A stretch of DNA of 63,465 nucleotides, filler included, from Sphacelaria rigidula (GCA_964200075.2; 9 parts of 9 records of this genome joined end to end with filler, not necessarily neighbours in it); one strand, 5' to 3'. Positions 25,017 through 37,940 are shown, numbered from the whole stretch's first letter. Numbers and translations are program-made. The notes: generated by a model not told the origin, from the sequence alone.

Positions 25017-25391
25017 AAAGATTACGCGTAATGTATGTTTCTGTGTGCCACAGCTTGGCGTGGAGCCCTCTGGAGCTACGAGTTACAGAAAGTGTCACCT
25101 TCCAGTCACCATCCCTCAAGAATCACGAGTTTGAGAAAAAAAAAAGATGAAGGAACATGTGTGTGTCGCACCTTATATGCCATGTCAAAGTGTTTCACGT
25201 CGATCTCCGATCCTGTTCTGTTGTGTGCTGTTCTCTACTTTCTGCATGGTTATACAAGAATAACTTTCGTGTTTGGGTCGCGTTTCGGTCGTGTTTTGGG
25301 CAAAATGCAGCCGTTTCCGGTACGAACCGATTCGCCCGCGGTAACTCATCATGTGCTTGCTGCTGTGGTACAATTGTTTTTTTGTGTTAGG

Positions 25392-26330
25392 CCGCTACTT
25401 ACAGTATAACAAACGGGAAAAAGTCCTGTAAAATACTTGTTTTGGTCCTCCGTCGTCCTACGCCCTGAAAAGAGCTAGGCGAAGTTTGATACCTTGGTAT
25501 AACTTGCTCTACGCGTTGAGACGGTTTCCAGACATGTTCGCGTTGTCCGGTGGCCGCAGGTTTTTTGTTGACCAAAGGTGAATTTTTGTTCAAGAACGGT
25601 CAAGACCGGTGTGTGTGTGTTGTCGTCCCATTTATTCTGGGTCCCAGTCTACCCCTTTCGGGATGTGTGGGCGCATCAGCCGGGGTCATACAGGAGGAAG
25701 GTCAACACAGGAGCTTTTCCTTTTTTATTTGTTTTTAGTGCCCCGCCTTCCTTCTGCGGTGCTTGCCTTTCTTTTTTATCGCGAGAGGGGTTCAGCGTCC
25801 CTTGCCCTCGTCAACCGTTAAGTCGAATTTTGTGTACCCACGACATAGTCGCTCTCCACTGTTGGGCATGGTGTGAGGAAAAATTCCAGATTGCTCCGGG
25901 AATCGAACCCCACAACTCAACCGTCAGAACGTTACGAGGCTACCAACTGAGCCACCGGGGCAGAACGGTCAAGTCTAGAAACATACCATTTTCTCTGGAT
26001 TTGTCTAGGCTTCTACTTATTATGCTAGCACGGTTTTTGAAGAATTCGTTCATATTGAAAACAATGTAGGGTCGCTATCAAGTAAAACCGCGCTAGCATA
26101 ATAAGTAGAAGCCTAGATTTGACCGTCTCTGGACAAACGTGATTATTTGGTCAAGATGAAAACTACACCACCGGAAAACGCGGAGAAGTCCTGGAACCGC
26201 CTCAACGAGTAGACAAGGTCATTCCGAAGTGTCAAACTCCCTTCAACTCTCTTTAGGGCGTAAAACGACAACGAAAGGTCCAAAAGGCACGTTTACAGAA
26301 CGTTTTTTGTTTGTTTGCTGTAAGGAGGGG
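25392..26330. mobile_element. Foldback element split by a SINE insertion
   Basis: The left arm (25392-25604) pairs with the right arm (26118-26330). Central hairpin TCTAGGCTTCTACTTATTATGCTAGC...GCTAGCATAATAAGTAGAAGCCTAGA. Confidence 0.65.
25609..25961 (-). mobile_element. tRNA-derived SINE (~350 bp), family 1
   Basis: Minus-strand head GCCCCGGTGGCTCAGTTGG (A box)...GGTTCGATTCC (B box) and a (CA)n tail. Flanking direct repeat AGAACGGTCAAG at 25593-604 and 25962-973. Copies at 32988-33343 and 55547-55901. Confidence 0.85.
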
Positions 26331-26411
26331 CCTTGGTCATGGTGCGTACGTCTGTGTTCTCTCCATCATGAATGCCTTCTCTTTTGTTTTTTCGTGATAC
26401 AATGATACCAG

Positions 26412-26527
26412 GCGGTGGCGGAGCAGGGCGAACTCTCCGGGAAGTTTCTCTCGAGACGCCCATCCGATACGGCGTGAAGGATCCAGTGGAATCCTGGCTG
26501 TACCGCTTGCTCTGCCTCGACACCAAG
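26412..26527 (+). CDS. NAT10: NAT10/Kre33 RNA cytidine acetyltransferase exon
   Basis: cag|GC GGT...AAG|gtagg. Encodes GGGAGRTLREVSLETPIRYGVKDPVESWLYRLLCLDTK, matching the NAT10 motif PIRY..GDPVE.WL..LLCLD. Confidence 0.9.
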
Positions 26528-26893
26528 GTAGGGTGTGATTCATGTACATCTGTCATGATATTCTGAGGACTGTTTGCTGCTGCTGTCTTCGTTGATGTTG
26601 TTGTTGATGCTGATGTTTTCCGTGTTTTTTGTTATATTGGATCATTATCATTATCACTATCATTTGTCATTTGTCATTCATCATTTATCATCTATCATTT
26701 GTCGTTCATCGTGAATGATTTATCATTATCATTATCATCATCGTTATCATTTCCATTCTTCAACCTCATGGAAAGTATTGTGAAGTATCATCACTTTGAT
26801 TCAATTATTTTCACTGTAATCACTAATATTACTTTGTTTAGATACAGAAAACAAATATACACATTTTATACACTAGTGACATGGGTAGTAATG

Positions 26894-27226
26894 CAAGGGC
26901 AGGTCGAGTAGACAATGTACTTTTGAGTATTTGAGTAAAATACTCGAGTATACTCAAAGTTTGAGTAGGTCAAGGACGGCCTCAAATACTCTACTCGAAT
27001 ATTAAGTAAGCACTCTCTGTAACAGTTGACTATAAAGTGTCACTTGAGTATGGCCTCAATACTCTGCTCAAAGTTTGAGTAGGTCGAGTATGATCTCAAA
27101 CACTCTACTCAAACATCTGAGTAGATTGAGTACGACCTCAAATACTCTATTCAAACATTTGAGTACCAAAAGTATGACTCTTCGAAAGTACCGAGTATCG
27201 AATATATTCTGCTCGACCTGCCCGTG
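26894..27226. mobile_element. hAT-type MITE (333 bp) in a NAT10 intron
   Basis: TIRs CAAGGGCAGGTCGAGTAGA / TCTGCTCGACCTGCCCGTG; perfect 8-bp TSD TAGTAATG; internal GAGTA/TACTC repeats. Confidence 0.85.
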
Positions 27227-27505
27227 TAGTAATGGTATTAAATGCAATATAATTGTTCCTATCATTGATATTTGGTGTCTGCGTGTCATGTGTTATTATA
27301 ATATGAAGATCGCGCACTTTTCCCCGTGTTGCAGACTACTTCCTCGTCTTGTTCGTATCTTTGTCTCTCTTATATGCGTGTTATATATATATGTATATAT
27401 ATCGACATGTTCAAGCATCGGTATCTAGTTATCGTCCATGTGTTTAGACGCAGAAAATGACATATACATGATCAAATCTCACCATGAACTATTGTAACTC
27501 AACAG

Positions 27506-27607
27506 GTGGGGCACTCTCGGCTCGTGTGCGGCACACCCGCGCCAAACGACTGCGAGCTGTACTACGTCAACAAGGACGCGCTCTTCTCTTACCACACCCT
27601 GTCCGAG
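27506..27607 (+). CDS. NAT10: NAT10/Kre33 exon
   Basis: cag|GTG...GAG|gtacg, 102 nt. Encodes VGHSRLVCGTPAPNDCELYYVNKDALFSYHTLSE, matching the NAT10 motif CELYYVNRD.LF.YH..SE. Confidence 0.92.
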
Positions 27608-27640
27608 GTACGTATTCGGTGTACAGTCGAGAATGCCGCG

Positions 27641-27735
27641 GCGCTCCTATGGCCTGTCTAACGGTCCAGCTGACGACCATCAGGGCGGGAAATCCCCCCT
27701 TTCCCCCCGCGCGGGTTCGATCCCTGCCAGATGCG
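27641..27735 (+). other. tRNA-like sequence (pseudo-tRNA or SINE head) in a NAT10 intron
   Basis: A-box-like TGGCCTGTCTAACGG and a T-arm GCGGGTTCGATCCCTGC, followed by T-runs. The anticodon arm is not canonical. Confidence 0.45.
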
Positions 27736-28329
27736 TCGCGTTTTTTTTTTCTTCTTTTTTTTTCGAGCATATGGATTTAGTATTTGACAGCGTGTGGAGG
27801 GGACGTGAGGAAGTAAACATGACTATTTTTTGTTTTGTTTTGTAGAAGACACTCGGCACCGTGCGGGAGTGGAGTGCGAGTGACATACGCGGTACAAGAA
27901 TGCAGAAGGCGCATACCGGGAGACAGCTGGGTTGCGAGGGCGTGTAGGTACTGTAGATAAAATAAATACCCGGGTATTTAGCTGATTGAGTGGATTGATC
28001 GATTGATCGGTTGATTGTCGCTCTCAAACTGCCCCCCCGGATAAAGCAACTCATTGTTGACTGTCATCCAAATGCAAGATAATCAGTAGGCTTCGGTCCG
28101 AACAATCTTATCAGGTTGCTGCTCTCTCTTCATGCTTCTCGCCGAAGACATCNNNNNNNNNNNNNNNNNNNNNNNNNNNNNNNNNNNNNNNNNNNNTTAA
28201 TTAATTAANNNNNNNNNNNNNNNNNNNNNNNNNNNNNNNNNNNNNNNNNNNNTAGTTGCTGTTTTCTTGTTATGTAATTAATTGTTAGATGGGAAATGAA
28301 AGGAGGTGGTTATTTTTTGGGGTGTTTCT

Positions 28330-28560
28330 GATTGCAACAATTCAGCCCGTGGTCAGGAACAGCAAAAAAACAGAATAATAGAAGAAAAAATAAGGAAAGA
28401 AACAGAAAAAGACAGAAGCAACGGGCAGGGATAACAACAAAAACACCACTACCACCAGCGACAACAACAAACAACAACAAACAACAACAAAAGGAAGAAA
28501 AACAACAGCACTAACAACGAATAACAGTAAACACATACACAAACACAAACAACACAGCAC
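28330..28560. repeat. A/C-rich low-complexity tract, (CAA)n-like
   Basis: acaacaacaa acaacaacaa acaacaacaa and similar runs. Confidence 0.7.
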
Positions 28561-30076
28561 TACTCGCGGAAAAGCCACCTCAAGTCGATGTTGAAAGCAG
28601 CAATTTTGTCGACCGCGCTTGGTACCAATGAGAAACGCACATTTATCCTGTTTGATACAAGCGCACTACGGGTGTGTCACGTCGTCTAATGCCCCATTGC
28701 ACCCCTGGGTTTCGTGTAGCATAACTCAACGTAGTTGCTTCGTCACCGATGTAACGACAATACCGAGACACCATGCCAACATATCAACCTGGCCGACAGC
28801 AAAACCTTGAGCGAGCCACAAGTCTCTGCATATACCGTGAGCTGCACTTGAGAACACAGTATATTGGACCTACACCTTTTGTGCTGACCATTACGATCCC
28901 CGTAACGACCCACAGTTAATGCAAACCAAAGGAGGGCAGGGGGAGGGGACGGGGTACTCATTTGTTGCTTGCCTTAGTCGTTTGACCGTTGACGACGCGT
29001 CCCTTCCGAGGCGGAGCACCGTTCCTGTTCCTAATAGAGCCACCTCCAACGTTTAGGGGCTCATCACTTTCATTCCATACATGACACAAAAACCTTTGAC
29101 ATATCTTATCTAATCGATTATACTTGCGCTCCAGGATCGGATATCAAGATTGGATCATGACGTACAGGGGAAATAGTAATAAGAGATACAGTTCTGTTGA
29201 TTGAGGTATACTGTACCCGATATCATGGTTGCAGTAGGTATCTGACGGGGACATGCATTCTTACGTGGCGAAGAGATGGGATTATGACATGTCATGTTTG
29301 TGTGAGCGTTTTCCCCAGGAATGACTACCCCACTTCGTTCAGTGTTTTTTCGGTATGTGTGTGTTATGTGTGTGTTATGTGTGAGTGGGCAAATATGGGT
29401 GAATTAATTACATAAATGATACCTGGTCTCAACTGGCCATGGCAGGCCTACAACTTCCCGCGACAATGCACCGTATCCCCGTCCTGTTTCGCCGTCTGTG
29501 GCCACCATCTTCTAGTATAGCAACCGTTTTTTTGCTACTCAAGGGGACGGGGGAGGGTACTCCATTTTTTGCTCGCCTTAGTCGCTTAGCTATTGACTAC
29601 GCATCTCTTTCGAGGCGCATCGTTCCTTCTCCTATTGGAGACACCTCCAACACCTCGGCGCTCATTACGTTTCTTCCGTACATCACACAAACACATGTTT
29701 ACATGTCTTGTCCCCTTCCCGATTCGCCGTCTGTGACCACCATCTATCACCCAGTATGGCGATCGTCTTCTCGCAACTGTCTAATGTATCAAATGTCTCA
29801 AGGGTTAGGTGAGGGTTAGGTTTCAGGGCTAGTGTTTCCATTATCCTAGCCACAACAAACAGGCATCCAGGTCGAGGTCAAGGCAGTCACGAGTGCACCT
29901 TCAACACAATCGGGCTGCTTCTCAAGCCCTGGGAAGGTCCCTGATCTGCTTCGTGATGAAACAGATATGAACACTAAGCGGGACAGCGGAAGACACCACA
30001 ACTAGCGTCCCCGCTTGCGTACAACCCCGCAAGATGCGCATCGCTCCGTTGAGGCCTATTTGAAGTAAACACTCAC

Positions 30077-30148
30077 CCTCCAGCTGGTTGCCGTACAAGA
30101 GTAGCTCTTCCAGTGCCATAATCTGGCCAAGCTCCGGAGGTATATGGC
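30077..30148 (-). CDS. 72-nt exon encoding one leucine-rich repeat
   Basis: cag|GC CAT...GAG G|gtgagt, phase 1-1. Encodes GHIPPELGQIMALEELLLYGNQLE. Confidence 0.9.
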
Positions 30149-31631
30149 CTGCTTGTCACACGAAGTACCAATAGATGGAGTCGACCAACATTTCTACACA
30201 AAACCGAATCAACCATGGAATATAACCAACGTAACCGCAGGCCGGCAGATGTACATGCTTACTCCGGTCCACTCAATCGACGTTCTACCAGGGATACGTC
30301 GCACTTTTGTTTCTGGTATGGATGTACGCGGAAAACACTCACGGAAACAAAACGAACTCAGGAGGTGGGTTGGGGTTGGGTGGAAGGTGGATACCACCTA
30401 TTCCATCCTAGTTTGGCGTGTACCAACCAGTTCAATTTCGTCTCGAGTGCTGAGAGTATCGAGCATTGGACTTTAGATTGAGGCGGTAGTTACTCGAGTT
30501 TAGTACCGCAACACTAGAAGACGACCACACAACACGTGACGAGACTGGATCTTGACGTTCGAATCTATTGCACATGTTGCAAAGACTGCAGTACCGAAAG
30601 CGGTGCTCTCCTAGTGTTGTCGCGTAGATAAATGCGCGTGTATACGAAGATACGCATGTGCAACGGGATCAACTGATTGAAAGTCGAAGGTGATGACGGC
30701 GATGAAAAACGTACAGGGTACGCTGAACGAGCCATTCCGGCAGCGTTGCTTCGAACTACCAAAAACGTGCGCGGGCGGGGAGGACAGCGCAGCCGTAGAG
30801 GGTGACAGTTTTAGTGGTGAACGAAAGCGCATCACAGAGCAGTGGTGAAGGGTTGGAAAGCTCATGACAGCACTTATTTGGAAAAGGGATCCATAACGCA
30901 GTTGAGGGCGAAAATATCATACAACGGAGGTTGAAACGAAGAGCCCAGAATTCGCTACGAGTACAAAGGATGGCCAATTGTTTAAAGACTGATCATGGGT
31001 GAGATGGATCCCTCCTCTGCACCGACTCGCATGCTTCTCATGTGCTCGTACCATTTCAAAAGTTCCAACACGCTGCGTGACGAAAACAATGCACAGTGGT
31101 TGAGTGATGATATTCTACTGGGGGGCCTGCGGTACAGTACGGAACATAATACGGTACTGCAGGATAGCAGTATCCCACGGAAAACTACCTGCAGAAGGGC
31201 TTTCATGATACTGGTATATTTTCATACTTCCGGTTGGTACAGTAGCACGTTTTTGCGACCAGCATGAGAATGTGTCCAACGTTTCTTCCGATGAATCGTC
31301 ACGCACTATGCTTAAACTAGGAAATAATGACTGGGTTCAACGAATGCAACATGGAACAGAATATGAAGCAAGTACGAGAGAAACGAAGTTAAAACTTCGC
31401 CATTGCGTCTACTGTGATCGAGCAAAGGTGAGGCGTACGGCACGAGACCTAGACGACTCAGCTCATTTTGCTATACCTCAACACATTTGTATGTGCTTGC
31501 GTCGTGCGTGAGAGGGGCGACGGGACATGGTCGTATGAAGGTCATCGACAGAGCTGAAGCATGGTGCAAATTCACACAAAATAACATGCAACTTAACCTT
31601 CGTGGCGTACAGTTTTCGGCTCTCGACTCAC

Positions 31632-31703
31632 CAGTGAGTTCGTTTCTGTTCAGATCAAGCTTCCGAAGACGACCAAAACGGCCCAGCTCCGGCGGGATGC
31701 GAC
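31632..31703 (-). CDS. 72-nt exon encoding one leucine-rich repeat
   Basis: cag|GT CGC...ACT G|gtgagt, phase 1-1. Encodes GRIPPELGRFGRLRKLDLNRNELT. Confidence 0.9.
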
Positions 31704-32319
31704 CTGACCAGGCGAGGGAATAATGCCAAGGGCAGAGTGCAACTATGACAACGGTAACCCATGGACAGTACAGCAGCCACCACGATGCGAATGTAAAGCG
31801 AACGAGAAGTCGGTCGAGTGTGGTATACGCTGTCCACACTCACCAGCGACACGATTGGAGACTACTGTAACTGTGGATACAAAATGCTCTGGTACCCAAG
31901 CAAGAACTGTGGCACAATCAACCTAAGCACCCGGCATGAGGAGATCCTCGTTGGGAGAAACCGGGCCGACATATGCAATGTGGGATGTGAGTGCACCAGC
32001 GACTAGACACGACACACCTCAGCTACAGCCAGCACACAGCAGCATAACAGGGGGCGACGTCTTTGATTGCGGATTTCAGCCACGACAGCGCGTTTACCCC
32101 CCACTGGAAAGCGCGCATGGTGTGTGGTTGATGTGCTATATACTATGCTATGTAGTGAAGACAAGATACCGATACCCATCTCATCAACATGATGCCAACA
32201 GCTCACTTATTACATGAGCGGCCACACTACAAGAGTCATACCACTGCCACGTATTTACGATACACTTACAACCCTTTCCCTTCCTGGGGATGAGTCCGCA
32301 GTATAGTATACTCTACGCA

Positions 32320-32535
32320 TCGCTCCCCCGGTAAATGACCAACATTTTGGTATCGCGGATGGGATCAGTGCATCCGCACGGCGTCACGATTCGTCGAAGC
32401 CTGTTCGCTTGCGCTCTCAATGACAGGTATCGGACACGGAAAGCGACCGAATCTAGATAAGTACCGGGGTTCGAACTCTCCCCCTCCTGCACTAAGCTCA
32501 AGGACCCACGGTAACCTTGAACCACCGGGGTACGG
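32320..32535 (-). mobile_element. Putative tRNA-derived SINE, family 2
   Basis: Minus-strand head GTACCCCGGTGGTTCAAGG...GAGTTCGAACCCCGGTAC (A/B boxes) at 32461-32533. The body extent is approximate. Confidence 0.45.
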
Positions 32536-32987
32536 TGGCCACATGGTTTGGTTAATCAATTACCCGATCGCTGGGAGCGGTGTTCAGTTGCCACATATCG
32601 CATCTCAGTTCTTCATAATATACGAGGTGAATACGAGACACACAAATCGAACCGGTAAATCTATGAATGACCAATACACGCATCCCGTCCTACCATATAC
32701 CCTAAAACAAAGAATTAAATGGGTACCCATGCTACGATACGGGGTGGGGCGTATTTGATTCCACGAAAACAAGGGCTCACGGGTGTGTCAGGTGTCCTAT
32801 TACACTCCCGGCGCGCTTGTATTAGGGTAAAACCGGCGTCTATCAGTATGAAGGACCGTTATTTCTCGGTAACTAGTGCGCCAGAACAGCCGTTACTGCG
32901 TTCAACAAAAGATCTGAAGTGAAATTATGAGGAAGATAAGATCCAAATACCCCCCCTCCTATTGTAGGATGACTCTACCATAATCTA

Positions 32988-33343
32988 TGTGTGTGCTGTG
33001 TTGTCGTCCCATCTATTCTAGACGCCGCTCTACACCTTTCGGTACACGTAGGTGCACCAGCCGGGGTCACACACAGGAGGAAGGCCAACACAGGATTTTT
33101 CTTTATCCGTTTGTTTTAGTTCTCCATCTTCCTTCTGCGGTGCTTGCCTTTATTTTTCATCGCGAGAGGGGTTCAGCAGTTCCCTTCCCTCGTCGACCAT
33201 GAAGTCGAATTTTGTGTATCCACGACACAATCGCTCGCCACTGTTGAGCGTCGTGTGAGAAAAAGTTCCAGATTGCTCCGAGATTCGGACCCACGACTCA
33301 ACCGTCAGAAGGTTTTCGAGATCACCAACTGAGCCACCGGGGC
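32988..33343 (-). mobile_element. tRNA-derived SINE, family 1 copy
   Basis: Colinear with 25609-25961; A box TGGCTCAGTTGG and a TG-repeat tail. Confidence 0.85.
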
Positions 33344-33780
33344 GACCGACCAAACCGCCGAAGACTAATAAACGCTAAACAACTGTATAGAACGTCGGTT
33401 CACTGAAACAAGTTTACCTATACGTTGACAAATATATGACCAGAAGCGTCGAACCTGCACCCAACACGTTTCTTTCAGTATCTTGATTCAAATTCAGTTC
33501 CATTTGGCTGATTCAGTCGTACTTGTCCATGGGTACGTGAAACAAACAGCGTGTCTAGTACACTCCTTTATTGCTCTCGCTATAATGCTGATCCCCAGTC
33601 CCTTCCTCCCCTCTCTTTGGAATGTCTCCGTATTCCCAAGAGATCGACCCGTCTCTTCCTCGGAACGTACCTTCCACAGTATATCGAGAAGTGGACCAGC
33701 GCTCTCCGTGCCCGCGCCTCGCTTGCTTCTACATTCATTTTTTCACAACTTCCAAGATGGAACCAGTTAGATGAACAATG

Positions 33781-33859
33781 CATCCCTGTCAGGATTTGAA
33801 CTTATGACTACACCCCGCCCAAACCGGAGTATTTCCCACCACTTCCACCACCAGGATGG
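33781..33859 (-). other. tRNA-like head (SINE family 3 or pseudo-tRNA)
   Basis: CATCCTGGTGGTGGAAGTGG...AGTTCAAATCCTGACAGGGATG: A/B boxes and complementary ends. Confidence 0.45.
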
Positions 33860-33975
33860 GGCGACCATCACAAACGTCCCTATGACAAGACACTTTTCGA
33901 TTGATGACAGAAGACGTACAACTTAGAACACGGGATTTTTCAAATTGGGGATGAATGTTTTACTAAACCTTGGGA

Positions 33976-34296
33976 AGCTTCATACGCATCGAAATATCTT
34001 CGAAAAAAAATATAAATGCTCTCACTCTCCGGCCATGTGCGGCCTCGTTCATGCCTGAAAAGAAAAAAAACACCCGCACTTTGGAATATCCCGTGTTTTC
34101 AGTGGATTTGGTTTGATACGAACAACTTCTGTGCTGGGATGACCGGAGGAAGACATTGCTCGGTATAAAAACCCCTGAGTTTACCAATTTCGGATGGATT
34201 TGTTTTAGGATGAGTGAGACCATACACTACGGGCGAAGAGTGCATTTGTATTCATTTTTCGAAAACATTTCGATGCGAATGCAGCTTCCCAAGGTT
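33976..34296. mobile_element. Foldback/MITE with long inverted arms
   Basis: AACCTTGGGAAGCTTCATACGCATCGAAATATCTTCGAAAAA pairs with TTTTTCGAAAACATTTCGATGCGAATGCAGCTTCCCAAGGTT. Confidence 0.65.
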
Positions 34297-35315
34297 CATC
34301 CTCAATAAAAAAATTCATCCGTCATTGATAAAATGCCGCGTTTTAGCAACGGAAGGACGAAGAATGTATCCCTCCTGCGGTAATTTCACATGTTCCAGTA
34401 CTCAACAACCAATCACTGCTGATATTAGGAGTGCTTTCACATAAATGGGTATGATCGATTGATCGTTTGACATTGAAAAGCCACAAACCCAGCCGTGTCC
34501 ACAAGATAGACCTCGACAAGAAAAGAAAAAGACGGGAACACATGTTTACCTCCTTTGAGTGAAGGAAAATGATATGAGGAAACAGAAATCCTTCGGTATG
34601 GGGTGAAAGAAGAAGAAAGGAAGAGAAGAGAAGCCCTGCTACGATAGGGGGAGGGGTGTTTGATTCCACGAAACGAAGGGTTCATATTTGCGTCAGACGA
34701 ACTAACACAGTCGTAGTGCGCTTGTATTTGGGTAATACGGTGTCGAGCACTATTTACGAGTCACGCTTCAACAAAGCGCGAGCAAGGAGTGGGAAAGGAT
34801 AGAGACAAGTGAGGTGTCGGCATGGGTTTGGAGGGTATAATGGAGAGTATGTATAGCTAATGAAAAATAAACGTAAGACGTAGTCCACGGGTAAACGGAG
34901 GGGAGAGAGCCAGAAACAAGTAGGTGTCCGGAAGGGGAAAGGGAGGGGACATAGCGGCCCGAAGCAAATGGACAGACCAGACCGGAAACGGTAAGAAGTA
35001 ATATGCGAGAGAAAGTAGAAGTAAAAGCGACACGGAGAGAGAATAACAGACAAGAGGAGAGCAAATAATGATTCGGAAAGTAAGTTAAGAATGGGATCGT
35101 GGAAAGTAAGTTAAGAATATGATCGTGGAACGTGTGTGGATTCGCCACAGACACTCCATACGGAACCTTTTTGTAGGACAAAGTGACATCATGTCCAGTC
35201 CTTTCATGTACGTGGNNNNNNNNNNNNNNNNNNNNNNNNNNNNNNNNNNNNNNNNNNNNTTAATTAATTAANNNNNNNNNNNNNNNNNNNNNNNNNNNNN
35301 NNNNNNNNNNNNNNN

Positions 35316-37940
35316 GATTCCGGGTTTAGTTGAAATCAGGCAATACCCTGAAGATCCCCGGTCAACACAGACAACTATTAATGTACGCCCACCGCATTTC
35401 TCCAAATGGTCATGACAAGCATGCGTCAGCATGCGCTGTGATTGCCCCGGGGAAACTTGCCAACCCCCAAGTTGAAGATATAAACGATTTCCATTGCAAA
35501 CCCCGCGCATATTCACGAGGACCTGCTCCGGCGGACCGCGAAGCAGCTTGGAGTGGAGCTGAGGGGCGAGTTCAGGCCGTGCCGAGGATGCTCGGAAGGA
35601 AAGGGACTTCGGCAGCCCATCCAAAGATCGACACATACACGAGCAGTTGAGCCAGCTTCCAGAGTGTTCGTTGATCTCGCAGGCCCAAAACCAGTTAGAT
35701 CTCGGGGGGGGAAGTCGTACATGATGATAGTACGCGATGATTGCTCGCGGCACACTAGATTGTTTTTTCTGCGCACAAAGGACGAGTCTGTACAGTACTT
35801 TAGTAAATACATCGCAGAAATTCACCCGCGAAAAATCGAGAAGGTCCGCAGTGATAGTGGAGGTGAATTTTCGGAGGGGGCGTTCGAGGAGCTATGTTAT
35901 AAGTTGAAAATAAAACAAGAGAAAACAACTGCTTACTCCCCACAGTTCAACGGCGTAGCGGAGCGTGCAATTGGCATCATAGAGGCGGCAGGTCTTGCAG
36001 CCAAAATTCAAGCATCGGAGATGTACCCGAATCAGAACATCCCAACTAGCAAAAATCTGTGGGCGGAACAGGCTAACTGGGTATGCCATGCTTTGAATTG
36101 TACTGCGACCTCGGCTTACCCGGGAAACAAGACGCCACGCGAAATGTGGCACGGAGCACCGCCGGAAAACAACCTCCTTCCTTTTCTAAAGCCAGGATTT
36201 TGTAGAGTTCAGAGAACAGACAAGTTACAACGAAAAGCTCAGAGGTGCTGGTACCATAGCCCAGCCCCAGGATACCCTCGCGATGCTATGAGAGTAATGA
36301 CGGAAACAGGACAAACTATTACGACCAGGCACGTAACATGAGCGTATGTCCCCCTACTCCTCTCCCTGCTCCACAGCAAGCGATCCCGACGCCCGACGGA
36401 GCGAGGGATGACAAGATCAAGGAAGGGACGGCCGGCAGCGAGTCCGCAGAACAGGAAACTCCGGCGGCACGTGATTCACCCCGCGGCTCACGGCACGTGT
36501 CGTTCTTGCTCCCCAACCCAGAGCTAGACGCAGAAGCGGCACAACAGACCCCCGCTATTGGCGGGGGGAATGAGATGACCTCGCCGCTTCCTTCCAGACG
36601 CGGGGGAGGGGCGCGGGATTCTACGCAACCCTGTCCGACATCTCATTGATGACGGGGGACCAGCGCCCCCCACACCGCCGCCGACGCCGACAGAAACAAC
36701 GCCGCCGTCAACACCGACAGCAACATCGCCGCCGCCGACGCCGACAGCAACAACGCCGCCGCCAACGCCGACAGCAACATCGCCGCCGCCGACGCCGACA
36801 GCAACAACGCCGCCGCCAACGCCGACAGCAACAACACCGACAACCGTAGACACCCCCGAGCGCAACGACGGGGGGGCGGTGGAGCTCCCGAAATCCCAAG
36901 GACGGAGCTACGCCGTCTTGCACTCGACGATGATTTGTCTCTGTCTCCACGAATGGCAGGTCGCACGCGCAGCGCGACGAGAGCGGCAGCCGACCAAAAC
37001 GAGCTAGCATCGGCGGTAGAGGACAAACTGGAGAGAATGATGGCGTGGGAAAGAAACGATATTTTCCTTCGCACGCTGGCGAAAAATCAGGCGAGAGCTC
37101 AAGCGGAGACTGTGCTGTATGGAATGGCAGAGGATAAGTGCGAGGTGACGGAGCTGATCACTGCAGCAGCCGGACCAGAGGTGGGAGGCAGCGCGGCCAT
37201 GCTGATCGAAGAGACCTTCGCGGAGCAGGAATACTTTTGTTTTTCAGCCGAAAACGGGACGGAGGAAGAGCCCAGTTTTGGTTTGCGTTCCCCCGTCGGT
37301 CTGCACGTGAGAGATTTGGAAACTCCCCCCGTAGCAGTAGAAGGCATAGAAAAGTCGGAATACAAGGAAATATGGTTGAGTGTCATGCGTGTAGAACTAA
37401 AGGGGCATGAAACCGCCGGTACATTCTCAAAGGGAGAAATTCCGAAAGAAGTAAAGATTATCACAGCCAAATGGGTTTCACTTGGAAAACCGACGCTAAT
37501 GGTACTGTAGCTAAAGCGAAAGCTAGATTAGTGGCGCGTGTGTTTGGTCAGAGATTCGCGGTGGATTATTTTGAGACGTTTGCAGCCACCCCGGCCATGA
37601 CATCAATAGAATTGGTCATGGCCGTGGCAGTACAGAGAGGATGGCCACTCTATCACTTCGACGTTACCCAGGCTTTTGTACGAGCCAAAATGGACACGAA
37701 CGTGTTCATGAAGCTCCCAGAAGGGTGTGGCCCCCTGACAGGTGGCACGGTCAGGCTGGAAAAATCTATATACGGAGTAAAATAAGCAGGAAGGCAATGG
37801 TCCCTCCTCCTGAACAAAACACCGGTGAAGGACGTGAAAATGTCGCAAAGTAAGGCTGACCTGTGTGTGTACAGACTGGAGGAAAAGGGGGAAGTATGTA
37901 TAATACTTGTTGTGCACGTGGATGACATTCTAATCGGGTA
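35316..37940 (+). mobile_element. Degenerate Ty1/Copia pol fragment (GAG-pre-integrase, integrase, truncated RT)
   Basis: CRGCSEGK; VFVDLAGP; RSDSGGEF; YSPQFNGVAER integrase; KARLVARVFGQ...DYFETFA and VHVDDILIG RT. Order is INT then RT, with several stops and frameshifts. Confidence 0.92.
36675..36845 (+). repeat. 27-bp minisatellite in the Copia INT-RT linker (PPPTPTATT/S)
   Basis: Repeated GCCGCCGCCGACGCCGACAGCAACAAC, about 6 units. Confidence 0.85.
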
